Shown piece after piece: positions 26,635-39,027 of a stretch of DNA of 64,000 bases. How positions within the stretch are numbered: the first letter of the stretch is position 1; every line of letters begins with the position of its first letter. The stretch covers positions 79,918,001 to 79,982,000 of the forward strand of contig NC_135899.1 in assembly GCF_964194155.1 (NCBI RefSeq), in the 5' to 3' direction. This DNA comes from Cetorhinus maximus (taxonomy: Eukaryota). The notes under the pieces were generated by a model. It worked only from the letters and a program-made list of their open reading frames with translations. It was not told the DNA's origin and searched no databases. The translations under genes and the position numbers were made by a program.

Positions 26635-28192
26635 GGAGATAGAGGAAAACATAAAGACCACGAGTGACAGAACCACATATGTCATCCATCATGCTCATTC
26701 CTTCACTTCCATTCTCCTTCAATAGTCTCTCTTCACATAATGTATCCACGAACCTCACATACCTAAATTGTTCTCACTGCTGGATCCATAAGAAACACCA
26801 AAAACATGAAAAATGTTTCTTTGTGAAGTGCCCTGCACCAACTGAGCCAAACACCTGAGTAGGCCCCAAATGTAAACTTCAGTCAGCACTGTGATATGAA
26901 CTTGCGATTGGATTGCAGAATATGAAACAATAAGTCCACGTCCACTCTGCCAAACTTTACCTGGCACTGAGGTGAATATTTGCAGCAGTGAAATGGTCTC
27001 AGTTTAAAAGTTTAAAGGCAAACTTCCAAATTTTTATTTCTGTGGGCTCTGTTAAGTGCTTGACATGGACACTTGCAAGCCGTAAATGTTAAAACCAACT
27101 TTCCTATTACATTGCATACAGCTCATATTGCCAACACTAAAAAATCCTGACATTCCCACTGTGGATTTATCCAATGAGGCAACAAGCCCTTTCTGAACAT
27201 TTAACATAGAAGTGAAATAGACAAGCCAGCAAGTGGAAGCACATAGGAACACCTCGGTCTGTGAGCCATGGTGCCAGAGTTTGTTGACTGCACAGGGCCA
27301 GGGGCTGCAGTTAAATGGACCATCAAGGCCAGGACACCCACTCAACAACCAAAGTGCTGCAATAACCAACATCAACATGAAGAAAAGGAAATCAAAATAA
27401 ACAGGACAAAATATGACCCATCGCCAAGGACCAAGTCACCAGATCTATAAAATGCTGAAGTTTTCACCTCAGTACCTATGCTATGATAAATACCTCTGCA
27501 ACTTAAACCTCAAGGGAGTAGGTCAGTTCAACATCACATCAACTGTGGTCACAATACCAAGACCGGTTTCAGAGGGTTCCAGTACAGCCCTCTAACTGAA
27601 TTCAATTTCAAAATCCTGGCCCCAAGCTTATAACAGAAAATTATCTCGAGTAGAGTGCAACATCGCAAATCTAAATACTGAAATCCTTCCCAAATCATTA
27701 ATTTCAAAATGCTTAGCTTAAGACTCAGGATTAATGCAGACTCCAAAACACCTCGCTCTCCAATATCACAACAGCTTCTAAAGCACCCCCTGGTAGAACC
27801 TTATCAAGGCTCTTGTGTGATATTTGCCCACCAATGATAATTAGATTTGTGGGTGAGGAAGCTTTTCCTGTTTCAGTCCCAGCAAAAATGGTGGGCTAGA
27901 AACGCACTCAAAAAGTATAAGAAGCCTGGGTGCAAGTCAATGGCAATATTCAAATCTCGGGACATTCTGGATGAAAGCTCCGACTGCACAAGTTATAATT
28001 GCATGCTAGTACAGTGGTGAAATCCAGAGTTTAAACCCCCCTCCCCAACTGGTTAACTGTGCTAAAATGATCAAATTGTTGCACAAAGTCAACATGGTCA
28101 CAAATGTGCTTCAGTGAAGGGTAACTACTATCCCTTGCCAGCCTGGCCAACACTTAAATGGTCTCAGGAATGACCTAGAAAGCTACTCAGTT

Positions 28193-29200
28193 ACATAGAA
28201 ATTACAACAGGGAAACGGGCCATTCAGCCCAGCCAGTATGTGATGGTGTTTATCCTCATGGTCAGCATCCTGATCCCATGTGTGCATCCTGTTCCCATAT
28301 CCCTTCATTCCCCTTTCCTTCAACCAGCAATCAAACCTACTCTTAAATGTTGACATGGTGCTGCAAACACCAACTCTGTACATGTCACAACCTCACAATC
28401 CTCATCGTAAAGAATTCGCTCCAGCACTATGTTCTAAATCTCTCCTATTCAACGTTCTAGAATCCTAGCCTCTGGAATCTGTTTGCTTCCATCTACTCCA
28501 CTCCATCATTCATAATTTTAAACATCTCCTTCAAATCTCCCTTCAACTTCTCTTCTAACAAAAAACAACTCCAATTTTTCAATCTTTCTTCATATTTGTA
28601 TCTCCTCGTACCAGGCAGCATCCTGGTGAATCAGTGCTAAATTCACTAACATCTCAGCATTCTTCCTGGAGTGTAGAATCTAAAGCTGCACACTGTGCTC
28701 CAAGTGTGGTCTTACAAAGGTTTTATAAAGATTGTTCGTCACATTTCATTTTTCATATTCCATGCCTGTTGCCATAAAACCCAGTGCGTCATTGGCTTGT
28801 TTAATGACCTTATGTGCTTGAGATGCTACCATTATTGCTTTGTGGAACAGGGAACCACAAATTCATCTACTCTTCCACATCATCTGACTTTCTCCTATAC
28901 AAACTACCTTTTAACAAAATTTACCAACTCAATGTTGAATTCTATCTGCCATTTTCACCCATTCCACCATCTTATTAATACACCCTTAATTTTGCTTGCT
29001 CCTCAAAACTATTTCCTGTGCTTCCAATATTGCCTGCAAATTTGAAAATTATTCCCTCCAAATCCAAATATACCAGTGCATACAGTGAACAGAAGCAGTC
29101 CCAGAAAGAACTCTGTGGGACACTGCCACCAATTTCAAACCACTTTGAGAAGCTGTCCTCAACTCTAACTGTTCACTCCCTCACCTCAAACCAGTTTTAG
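28193..29200 (-). mobile_element. Old CR1 3' fragment
   Basis: ORF 28183..28383 STFKSRFDCWLKERGMKGYG...GLNGPFP. Tail 'catagaaattacaacagggaaacgggccattcagccc'. Confidence 0.75.
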
Positions 29201-29844
29201 TACAAATTTTTCTAGACCCCCTACAACACCACTCCACCCCCTACAGTCTCAGATAGTCATTTTTTGTACAATCACTTCCAGAGGACCATCCTTCCCATAA
29301 ATTGGCCTTGCCAGTCTGACCTCATCATAGAAATAATAAAGGTGGTCCAGGTTGGTACATTACGTCGACCAAGTGTCCTGTGCAGGCAGGAACCCAGAAA
29401 GTCCTAGGTTCCGTCCCAGTTCTGCACTGATTAAGAATTTTTGGGGAAAAAAGATTCCTTATTCCAACCTCATGATAATCCCAAACAATATTCTCTTTAA
29501 AATACCAATATTTCCCACTGCGGGTATAATATTTGTGTCAGGTACAAAAAAATATAATAGAATTTCAAAATGTTACTCAGCAACACTTTGCAATGAGTTC
29601 TCAGCATTGACAATAGGACCAGCATTTTATCAAAATTACTTTCAATTCCCTAATGAAGCAGCCTTCCTCTTCATTAAATTGAAATAACAAAATTCACCCT
29701 TAGCTGCCATTCAATGGGAGACAAAAACTTTCATAACTTTCTGATGGTCCCCAATAACCCAATCAGTAATTCAAAGAAATATTGGAATGGGTCGCCTTAC
29801 TCCACCTGGAAGCACTGGTTCTGACTGGTGTCACAATTTACTTT

Positions 29845-30078
29845 TCATAGATATACCAGGTCTGGCACTGTATGACTCTGGTTCTAATTTCAGGTCTGGC
29901 CCGGAATGTGACCCCTGTTCCAAAATACCAGCTCTAGCACTAAATGTGTTTCTGATACAGAGTCCGATGCTGGACGTGACCCCAGTTCTAATATACCAGA
30001 TACCGAACATGGCTGCGTTTCTGACAGACTGGGTCTGACACCAGTTCTGATATACCATGTCTAGTACAGGACGTAACT
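29845..30078. repeat. Degenerate ~35-40 bp tandem repeat
   Basis: Recurring 'ttctaatataccaggtctggcactggatgtgacccc'-like units, about six copies. Confidence 0.4.
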
Positions 30079-31689
30079 GTGATGCAAGGCCTAGCAAAAC
30101 TCACCAACTGTGTCTTTACTTGAACCTTCAAATCTTACACCAACTAAAAGATTGATTTCTGTGCATCAGCCCCAGCACTCAGCACAACCAAACTTTATAA
30201 GCTAATACGTGGCCAACTCCACTGCAACCACAGCTCCTGCATGTTAGAAAGAGCAACTGAATTTGTGCATGGGATCACATACAAGAGAGGGCTGAATGTA
30301 ATTGACTGCCTGCACCTTAAACAATAGTTCCAAATCTTTCAAATTAAACAGCAAGCCCCCTCCCTCCACTGCCAGCAACAGGTGCCAAATCCTGACCCAG
30401 GATTCCACATAGAGAGTTCTACAACAAAGGCTTCTACAATTCTTTTTAAATCAGAATCTAATTTACAGAAAAATCGGCAGCATCATTAAAAGCAAGGGTT
30501 GAAAGCAAAGCTCTAAATTTAAAGAAGCCACTTTAACTTTAAAAACGGATTCTGAAGATGCAACTTGTCACCTGGAATGCAAGATTGTTACCATGGCCTA
30601 CCCTAACAAAGAGTAGTTTCATTTGGCAGAACTCTGGCATCAAATTGTACATCTACAATCCCTTATTTATAATACACACATGGCACTTGGAGGAATAGAT
30701 AACCAGGTAGAATGCTTTACTACAGATCATCCTTTTTCGAGCAATCAGCTAAATTATTTGAAACAGTGCTTTGGGATCTAATGTGTTCAACCCGCCTTTA
30801 AAAAGGGACCAGGTTTTGTTCTGTTCTGTGGGATATATTTTATGAAATTGCAGCCCAAGGTCAGTGCTAAGAGTGTAGGACCCCCATAAGCTCCCTGCCA
30901 TCACACAATGGAGCTGTGCACACTAACACGGCCTGTATTGTTTGTGGTGCTGTCCCTGTGCAGTCAGCTGCTCAGCATTTCAAGGTCAGGAGCTGTTTCC
31001 ACAGCATCTTTTGCCCTCCCCAAGCTAAGCCTATGAAACAATGGCCATTACCTGTATTTATTTTTCCCCCTCCCTTGCACACACTGGAGTAACATGAACC
31101 ATATTCCAGTTTATGAGCTAATCAGGTTGTTTTGCCATTACATCAGAGGCAATTATAAATGGCCAGAAGCAGCAGCTGAGGAGCCAATCAGATTACAGAT
31201 AGCATGTCACCCTAAGACCAACTGTCTTCTGGCTTTGACAGAAGGATTTTACCTCCATAATTCAAATCCCAAACCCATGCAATCTGCACTTACTCAAATC
31301 ACCAGCTTTACTACCGGCTAGTACTGGCAAAGAGAGCCAGCTCAAGGTTGCACACAAGGCAGTGAAGAGGAGATAAACAACATGGGGTGTGGATTGGGGG
31401 TGTGTGTGGGCGGGGCGGGGTGGGGGGGGAACCAAGGAAACAAACAGTGAGGTGGGAAAGACAGCAGAGGTGCATCACACAGCGTTAAAACAATCAAACA
31501 AAAGCAGCAAGTAGTTACTGAGCACATACGTAAAAAAGGGGGAAACTAACTGGGATCGGACTTCTAAAACAAAGAGCAGTCAATCCCACCACTCGGACTG
31601 CCAGTTTTGCACCACTGAACTCACTCAATCCTTTATAGATATACCTTTGTTTGCAAGCAGATAGTTTTCAATGAAAAGCGTGCAATGCT

Positions 31690-34600
31690 GGAGGAGGAAC
31701 GGGAGCAGGAGGATGAAAGGGAGGGAGAGGGGAAAGAGGAGCTATGGGGGGGGAGGAGTTGGGTCAACGGAGTGAGGGGGGAGGAGGGGGGTCAACGGAG
31801 GGAGGAGGAGCAAGGGGGCCATGAAGCGGGGGGGGAGGAGGGGTGTCAATGGAGCGAGGGGAGCAATGGAGGGAGGACGAGGAAGGGGGCAATGGAGCGA
31901 GGTGGGGGAGGAGGATGGGAGCCACGGAGCGAGGGGGGGGGGAGGAAGGGGGCCACAGAGCGGGGGGGGGGGGACCACAGGGTGAGGGGGGGGGAAGGGG
32001 GCCACTAAGCGAGGGGGAGGAGGATGGGGCCATGAAATGAGGGGGAGCAAGGGAGCAAAGGGGGACCGAGGGGGAGCAAGGGAGGACCGAGGGGGAGAAA
32101 GGGAGCAAAGGGGGAATGAAGGGGAGCAAGGGGGGGCCGAGGGGGGGACCAGGAGGAAACGAGGGGGGACCGGGGGGGGGGAGAAGCGAGGGGGAACCCG
32201 GGGGGAGCGAGGGGGGACCAAGGTTGGGGGGGGGAGCGAGGGGGGACCGAGGGGTTGCGAGGGGGGACCGAGGGGTTGCGAGGGGGGACCGAGGGGTTGC
32301 GAGGGGGGACCGAGGGGTTGCGAGGGGGGACCGAGGGGTTGCGAGGGGGGACCGAGGGGTTGCGAGGGGGGACCGAGGGGGGACCGGGGGGAAGCGAGGG
32401 GGGAAACGAGGGAGCAAGGGGGGACCGAGGGGGAGCGAGGGAGCGAAGGGGGACCGAGGGGGAGCGAGGGACCGAGGGGGCGAGGGACCGAGGGGCGAGG
32501 GACCGAGGGGGCAACGGGGCGAGGGGGCGAGGGGGGCAATGGGGCGAGGGGGGCAACGGGGCGAGGGGGCAACGGGGCGAGGGGGCAACGGGGCGAGGGG
32601 GGCAACGGGGCGAGGGGGCAACGGGGCGAGGGGGGCAACGGGGCGAGGGGGCAACGGGGCGAGGGGGCAACGGGGCGAGGGGGCAACGGGGCGAGGGGGG
32701 AAACGGGGCGAGGGGGGAAACGGGGCGAGGGGGGAAACGGGGCGAGGGGGGCAACGGGGCGAGGGGGGCAACGGGGCGAGGGGGGCAACGGGGCGAGGGG
32801 GCAACGGGGCGAGGGGGGAGCGAGGGGGCAATGGGGCGAGGGGGACCACGGGGTGAGGGGGAGCGAGGGGGGCAAGGGGGCGATGGGGAGCGAGGGGGCA
32901 ACAGGGCGAGTGGGAGGGAGGGGGCAACGGGGCGAGTGGGAGCGAGGGGGGCAACGGGGCGAGGGGAGCGAGGGGGCAACGGGGCGAGGGGGAGCGAGGG
33001 GGGCAACGGGGCGAGGGGGAGCGAGGGGGGCAACGGGGCGAGGGGGAGCGAGGGGGGCAACGGGGCGAGGGGGAGCGAGGGGGGCAACGGGGCGAGGGGG
33101 AGCGAGGGGGGCAACGGGGCGAGGGGGAGCGAGGGGGCAACGGGGCGAGGGGGAGCGAGGGGGGCAACGGGGCGAGGGGGAGCGAGGGGGGCAACGGGGC
33201 GAGGGGGGCAACGGGGCGAGGGGGAGCGAGGGGGCAACGGGGCGAGTGGGAGCGAGGGGGGCAACGGGGCGAGTGGGAGCGAGGGGGGCAACGGGGCGAG
33301 TGGGAGCGAGGGGGGCAACGGGGCGAGTGGGAGCGAGGGGGGCAACGGGGCGAGTGGGAGCGAGGGGGGGCAACGGGGCGAGTGGGAGCGAGGGGGGCAA
33401 CGGGGCGAGTGGGAGCGAGGGGGCAACGGGGCGAGTGGGAGCGAGGGGGGCAACGGGGCGAGTGGGAGCGAGGGGGGCAACGGGGCGAGTGGGAGCGAGG
33501 GGGGCAACGGGGCGAGTGGGAGCGAGGGGGGCAACGGGGCGAGTGGGAGCGAGGGGGGCAACGGGGCGAGTGGGAGCGAGGGGGGCAACGGGGCGAGTGG
33601 GAGCGAGGGGGGCAACGGGACGAGTGGGAGCGAGGGGGGCAACGGGGCGAGTGGGAGCGAGGGGGGCAACGGGGCGAGTGGGAGCGAGGGGGGCAACGGG
33701 GCGAGTGGGAGCGAGGGGGGCAACGGGGCGAGTGGGAGCGAGGGGGGCAACGGGGCGAGTGGGAGTGAGGGGGGCAACGGGGCGAGTGGGAGCGAGGGGG
33801 GGGCAACGAGGCGAGGGGGCAACGGGGCGAGGAGGGCAACGGAGCGAGGGGGCAACGGAGCGAGGGGGCAACGGAGCGAGGGGGCAACGGAGCGAGGGGA
33901 GCAACGGGGCGAGGGGAGCAACGGGGCGAGGGGAGCAACGGGGCGAGGGGAGCAACAGGGCGAGGTGGGCATTGGGGCGAGGGGACATCAGGGCGAGGGG
34001 GCATCGGGGCGAGGGGGCATCGGGGTGAGGGGGAGCAAGGGGGCAACAGCGCGAGGGGGGCAATGGGGCTAGGGGGAGCGGTGGGCAACGGAGCGAGAAG
34101 GAGCGGGGGCAATGGATTGAGGGACAGCCACGGAGCGGAGGGGGGCAACGGAGCGAGGAGGAGCGGGGGCAATGGATCAAGGGACAGCCACGGAGCAGAG
34201 GGGGGCAACGGAGCGAGGAGCGGGGGCAACGAAGCGAGGGAGGAGAGGCGGGGCAAAGAATTAAGGGACGGCCACGGAGCGGAGGGACGGCCACGGAGCG
34301 GAGGGACGGCGAGGGGGGCAACGGAGTGAGGGAAAGCGAGGGGGGCAACAGAACGAGGGGGGCAATATAGGGAGGGGATTGAGGGGGAGCAACGGAGCGA
34401 GGGGGAGCAGCGTAGCAAAGGGGAGCGAGAGGGGCCGACGGAGTGAGGGTGAGCGGAGCGAGGGGGGGGCCGACCGACGGAGCGAGGGAGGGCCGACCGA
34501 CGGAGCGAGGGGGGGGCCGACCGACGCTGCGAGGGGGGGCCGACCGACGCTGCGAGGGGGGGGCCGACCGACGGAGCGAGGGGGGGGGCCGACCGACGGA

Positions 34601-37600
34601 GCGAGGGGGGGGCCGACCGACGGAGCCTGGGGGGGGCAACGCAGCCTGGGGGGGGCAACGCAGCCTGGGGGGGGCAACGCAGCCTGGGGGGGGGCAACGC
34701 AGCCTGGGGGGGGCAACGCAGCCTGGGGGGGGGCAACGCAGCCTGGGGGGGGCAACGCAGCCTGGGGGGGGGCAACGCAGCCTGGGGGGGGCAACGCAGC
34801 CTGGGGGGGGAGCGGGGGGGGGGGGGGTCAACGGAGAGAGGGGGTCAACGGAGAGAGGGGGTCAACGGAGAGAGGGGGGCAACGGAGAGAGGGGGGCAAC
34901 GGAGAGAGGGGGGCAACGGAGAGAGGTGGGGCAACGGAGGAGGGAGCAATGTAGGGGGGGGAAGCGGAGAGAGCAGGGCAACCGAGAGAGAACCGAGGGA
35001 GGGGCGAGACGGGGGGGAGGGGCGAGACGGGGGGGAGGGGCGAGACGGGGGGGAGGGGCGAGACGGGGGGGAGGGGCGAGACGGGGGGGAGGGGCGAGAC
35101 GGGGGGGAGGGGCGAGGCGGGGGGAGGGGCGAGGCGGGGGGAGGGGCGAGGCGGGGGGAGGGGCGAGGCGGGGGGAGGGGCGAGGCGGGGGGAGGGGCGA
35201 GACGAGGGGAGGGGCGAGACGGGGGGAGGGGCGAGACGGGGGGGAGGGGCGAGACGGGGGGGAGGGGCGAGACGGGGGAGGGGCGAGACGGGGGGAGGGG
35301 CGAGACGGGGGGAGGGGCGAGACGGGGGGAGGGGCGAGACGGGGGGAGGGGCGAGACGGGGGGAGGGGCGAGACGGGGGGAGGGGCGAGACGGGGGAGGG
35401 GCGAGACGGGGGGAGGGGCGAGACGGGGGGAGGGGCGAGACGGGGGGAGGGGCGAGACGGGGGGAGGGGCGAGACGGGGGGAGGGGCGAGACGGGGGGGA
35501 GGGGCGAGACGGGGGAGGGCGAGACGGGGGGAGGGGCGAGACGGGGGGAGGGGCGAGACGGGGGGAGGGGCGAGACGGGGGGAGGGGCGAGACGGGGGAG
35601 GGGCGAGACGGGGGGAGGGGCGAGACGGGGGGAGGGGCGAGACGGGGGAGGGGCGAGACGGGGGAGGGGCGAGACGGGGGGAGGGGCGAGACGGGGGGAG
35701 GGGCGAGACGGGGGGAGGGGCGAGACGGGGGGAGGGGCGAGACGGGGGAGGGGCGAGACGGGGGGAGGGGCGAGACGGGGGGAGGGGCGAGACGTGGGGG
35801 AGGGGCGAGACGTGGGGAGGGGCGAGACGTGGGGAGGGGCGAGACGGGGGGAGGGGCGAGACGGGGGGAGGGGCGAGACGGGGGGAGGGGCGAGACGGGG
35901 GAGGGGCGAGACGGGGGAGGGGCGAGACGGGGGGAGGAGACAGGCGTCGGGCAACGGAGCGACGGGAGCGAGGGGGCAACGGGGTGACGGGAGCTAGGGG
36001 GGGCAACGGAGCGACGGGGGGAAACGGAGCGACGGGAGCAAGGGGGACAACGGAGCGACAGGAGCAAGGGGGCAACGAAGCGACAGGAGCAAGGGGGCAA
36101 CGAAGCGACAGAGCAAGGGGCGAGACGGGGTTATGGGGTGGGGCGTAGGAAAGGGGCTGGGAGGGGCAAGGGGGAGGGCTGGGACTAGTGGGGGCAGATG
36201 GGAAGAGGGGCGTGTTGGCAGGGATTGGGAGAGGGTGGGGTGGTAGGTGTGTAGAGGGTTCAGGAGGGGGATGGGGGTAGGTGGGAGAGAGCAGGGGCTA
36301 GGGGGATGGGGGAAGGGGAGCAGGGGGTTGGGAGCAGGGGGGACGGGGGGCACTGGGTAGGGGCAAGGGGGGCTGGGGGTAGGGGGGCAGGGCGTAGGAG
36401 GAGTAGGGGGCAGGGGGAAGGAGGAGTAGGGGGCAGGGGGAAGGAGGAGTAGGGGGCAGGGGGAAGGAGGAGTAGGTCGTAGGGGGAAGGAGGAGTAGGG
36501 GGAAGGAGGAGTAGGGGGGCAGTGGGAAGGAGGATTAGGGGGCAGGGAGAAGGAGGATTAGGGGGCAGGGAGAAGGAGGAGTAGGGGAGCAGGGGGAAGG
36601 AGGAGTAGGGGGGCAGGGGGTAGGAGGAGTAGGGGGGCAGGGGGAAGGAGGAGTAGGGGGGCAGGGGGAAGGAGAAGTAGGGGACAGGGGGAAGGAGGAG
36701 TAGGGGGGCAGGGGGAAGGAGGAGTAGGGGGGCAGGGGGAAGGAGGAGTAGGGGGGCAGGGGGAAGGAGGAGTAGGGGGGCAGGGGGAAGGAGGAGTAGG
36801 GGGGCAGGGGGAAGGAGGAGTAGGGGGGCAGGGGGAAGGAGGAGTAGGGGGGCAGGGGGAAGGAGGAGTAGGGGGGCAGGGGGAAGGAGGAGTAGGGGGG
36901 CAGGGGGAAGGAGGAGTAGGGGGGCAGGGGGAAGGAGGAGTAGGGGGGCAGGGGGAAGGAGGAGTAGGGGGGCAGGGGGAAGGAGGAGTAGGGGGGCAGG
37001 GGAAGGAGGAGTAGGGGGGCAGGGGGAAGGAGAAGTAGGGGGGCAGGGGGAGGAGGAGTAGTGGGGCAGGGGAAAGGAGGAGTAGGGGGCAGGGGGAAGG
37101 AGGAGTAGGGAGCAGGGGGAAGGAGTAGGGAGCAGGGGGAAGGAGGAGTAGGGGGCAGGGGGAAGGAGGAGTGGGGGGCAGGGGGAAGGAGGAGTGGGGG
37201 GCAGGGGGAAGGAGGAGTGGGGGGCAGGGGGAAGGAGGAGTAGGGGGGAAGGAGGAGTAGGGGGGCAGTGGGAAGGAGGAGTAGGGGGGCAGGGGGAAGG
37301 AGGAGTAGGGGGGCAGGGGGAAGGAGGAGTAGGGGGGCAGGGGGAAGGAGAAGTAGGGGGGCAGGGGGGAGGAGGAGTAGTGGGGCAGGGGAAAGGAGGA
37401 GTAGGGGGCAGGGGAAAGGAGGAGTAGGGGGCAGGGGGAAGGAGGAGTAGGGAGCAGGGGGAAGGAGTAGGGAGCAGGGGGAAGGAGGAGTGGGGGGCAG
37501 GGGGAAGGAGGAGTAGGGGGGAAGGAGGAGTAGGGGGGAAGGAGGAGTAGGGGGGAAGGAGGAGTAGGGGGGAAGGAGGAGTAGGGGGGCAGGGGGAAGG

Positions 37601-37755
37601 AGGAGTAGGGGGGCAGGGGGAAGGAGGAGTAGGGGGGCAGGGGGAAGGAGGAGTAGGGGGGCAGGGGGAAGGAGGAGTAGGGGGGCAGGGGGAAGGAGGA
37701 GTAGGGGGGCAGGGGGAAGGAGGAGTAGGGGGGCAGGGGGAAGGAGGAGTAGGGC
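31690..37755. repeat. ~6 kb G-rich composite minisatellite at the start of intron 1
   Basis: Successive arrays: 21-bp gcgaggggggaccgaggggtt (~32240-32375); 16-17-bp ggcaacggggcgagggg (~32510-32820); 27-bp ggcaacggggcgag(g/t)gggagcgagggg (~32960-33790); ggccgaccgacggagcgagggg (~34470-34620); 20-21-bp gcaacgcagcctggggggg (~34625-34810); 17-19-bp gaggggcgagacggggg (~34997-35935); 24-bp ggaggagtaggggggcagggggaa (~36395-37755). Confidence 0.97.
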
Positions 37756-38033
37756 TAAGTGCTAGGCGGTGGAGGGAATGTGGGGGTGGCGGGGTGGGAG
37801 GGGGGTTCCTCGGGGTTGGGCCTCACTTTACATAATTTATACCTAGAGTTGCTGCTCCGCTCGCACAAAGCCGGCCATTTTAGAGCTGATTCTTTGTACT
37901 GAGAGAGAAGCACAAGCACGGCCGGGTCTCCCCCCTCCGCGCCACACATATAAATACACAAGACCAAACATTAACTAACACTGCCACTCTCCGTCCCTGG
38001 TTACTCTAGTTTACTACTAGTTAGTATTTTTAC

Positions 38034-39027
38034 CTGAGTCCTGGGCACTGCCAGGGCTGATGGGCGGATGGTGGCTCCTTTGTTGCGCTGCTGCCCAGCC
38101 CGGGCTGGGGTACTGTGCTCCCAGCTCGCCTCCCTTGGCCAGCTCCTGGCTGCTATTGTAGTCCTGGTGGGCCTGGTTATAGTTAGTGAAGGCCCGGGCC
38201 CCGCTCGGGGAGGTGAGCAGCTGGTTCAGGGTTGGGGTGCTGGAGGCCGTCTGGGGCTGTTGATGCTGCTGGAGACCAGGGCCCGGCGTCGACTGCTGCT
38301 GCTGCCCACCGAAGCGCTGGAAAGTAGCGACCATACCCGAGGCCGAGGCTTTAGGCCCAACCGCCCCGGCCCGCGGCGAGTTGAGGCCGTAGCCTTGGTT
38401 GATGTAGCCGCTGCGGGCCGCCGGATAAGCCGTGGTGTAGTTGTTGTAGTGGCCGGCGAAGGCCTCGTGAGAGTTGGGCTGGAAGGAGTCGAGGCCGCCG
38501 GGTTGTAGCGCTGCCCCCATGCCGGGGCTTTGTTGTCCGCCATGTTGGTGGAACGGGCCCCGGTAATGGTTATAACCGTAGCCGGTAGGCGGCACGGCGC
38601 CTGGGCCGGGGCTGGGCCCCGGGTTCGCGTTGGCCATGGGCCCGGCGCCGCCTCCGCCGCTGTTGTTGGAATGATCGAATCTCTGGTCACCGCTCAGGAG
38701 GGCCAGGCTAGCTGCGGTGGCCCGGCCGGTTTCGGGCTCCCCGGACCCCGCTCCGCCGTTACTCTGCTCCGAGGAGGAGGCCCCGTCCGGCTCGCCGTGC
38801 GGCGGGTGGCCGCTGTCCTCGTCGCTGTGTTCCGCCGGCCCCGCGCTCAGCCGGTGGTTGCTGAAGGTCTCCCTGGCAGCGGCACCGGGCTCCGAACCAT
38901 TGCCCGGCAAATGGTGCTCCTGCTCGGCGGTGGGACCAGGCCCAGTCCCCGGCTTCAGCGCCGCCAGCTCGCCCGCCTTGGCCTGGCTCATATCGGTGTC
39001 TCTGAGGGCGCTGACCGGAGCGGCCAT
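38034..39027 (-). CDS. ARID1A: First coding exon of an AT-rich interactive domain protein 1 (SWI/SNF BAF250 subunit), most likely ARID1A; partial gene
   Basis: ATG at 39027 in strong Kozak context (gcgATGG). The peptide MAAPV...FHQHGGQQSPGMG...NSHE...YGLNSPR...FQRFGG...TPTLNQLLTSPSGARAF...WAAAQQRSHHPPISPGS carries the conserved ARID1 exon-1 blocks. Splice donor CAG|GTAAAA at 38034/38033. Family assignment is firm; paralogue A versus B is less certain. Confidence 0.85.

Noticed and set aside
1-31690. ARID1 exon 2 or other host exons
   Set aside because: No minus-strand peptide resembling the expected MDQMGKMR-type exon 2 was seen. Small exons could have been missed by eye.
31742-36100. Very long ORFs (up to 1029 aa) rich in Pro/Arg or Gly on both strands
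   Set aside because: They are open in nearly all frames because the tandem units lack stop codons. They are translations of minisatellites, not collagen or extensin genes.
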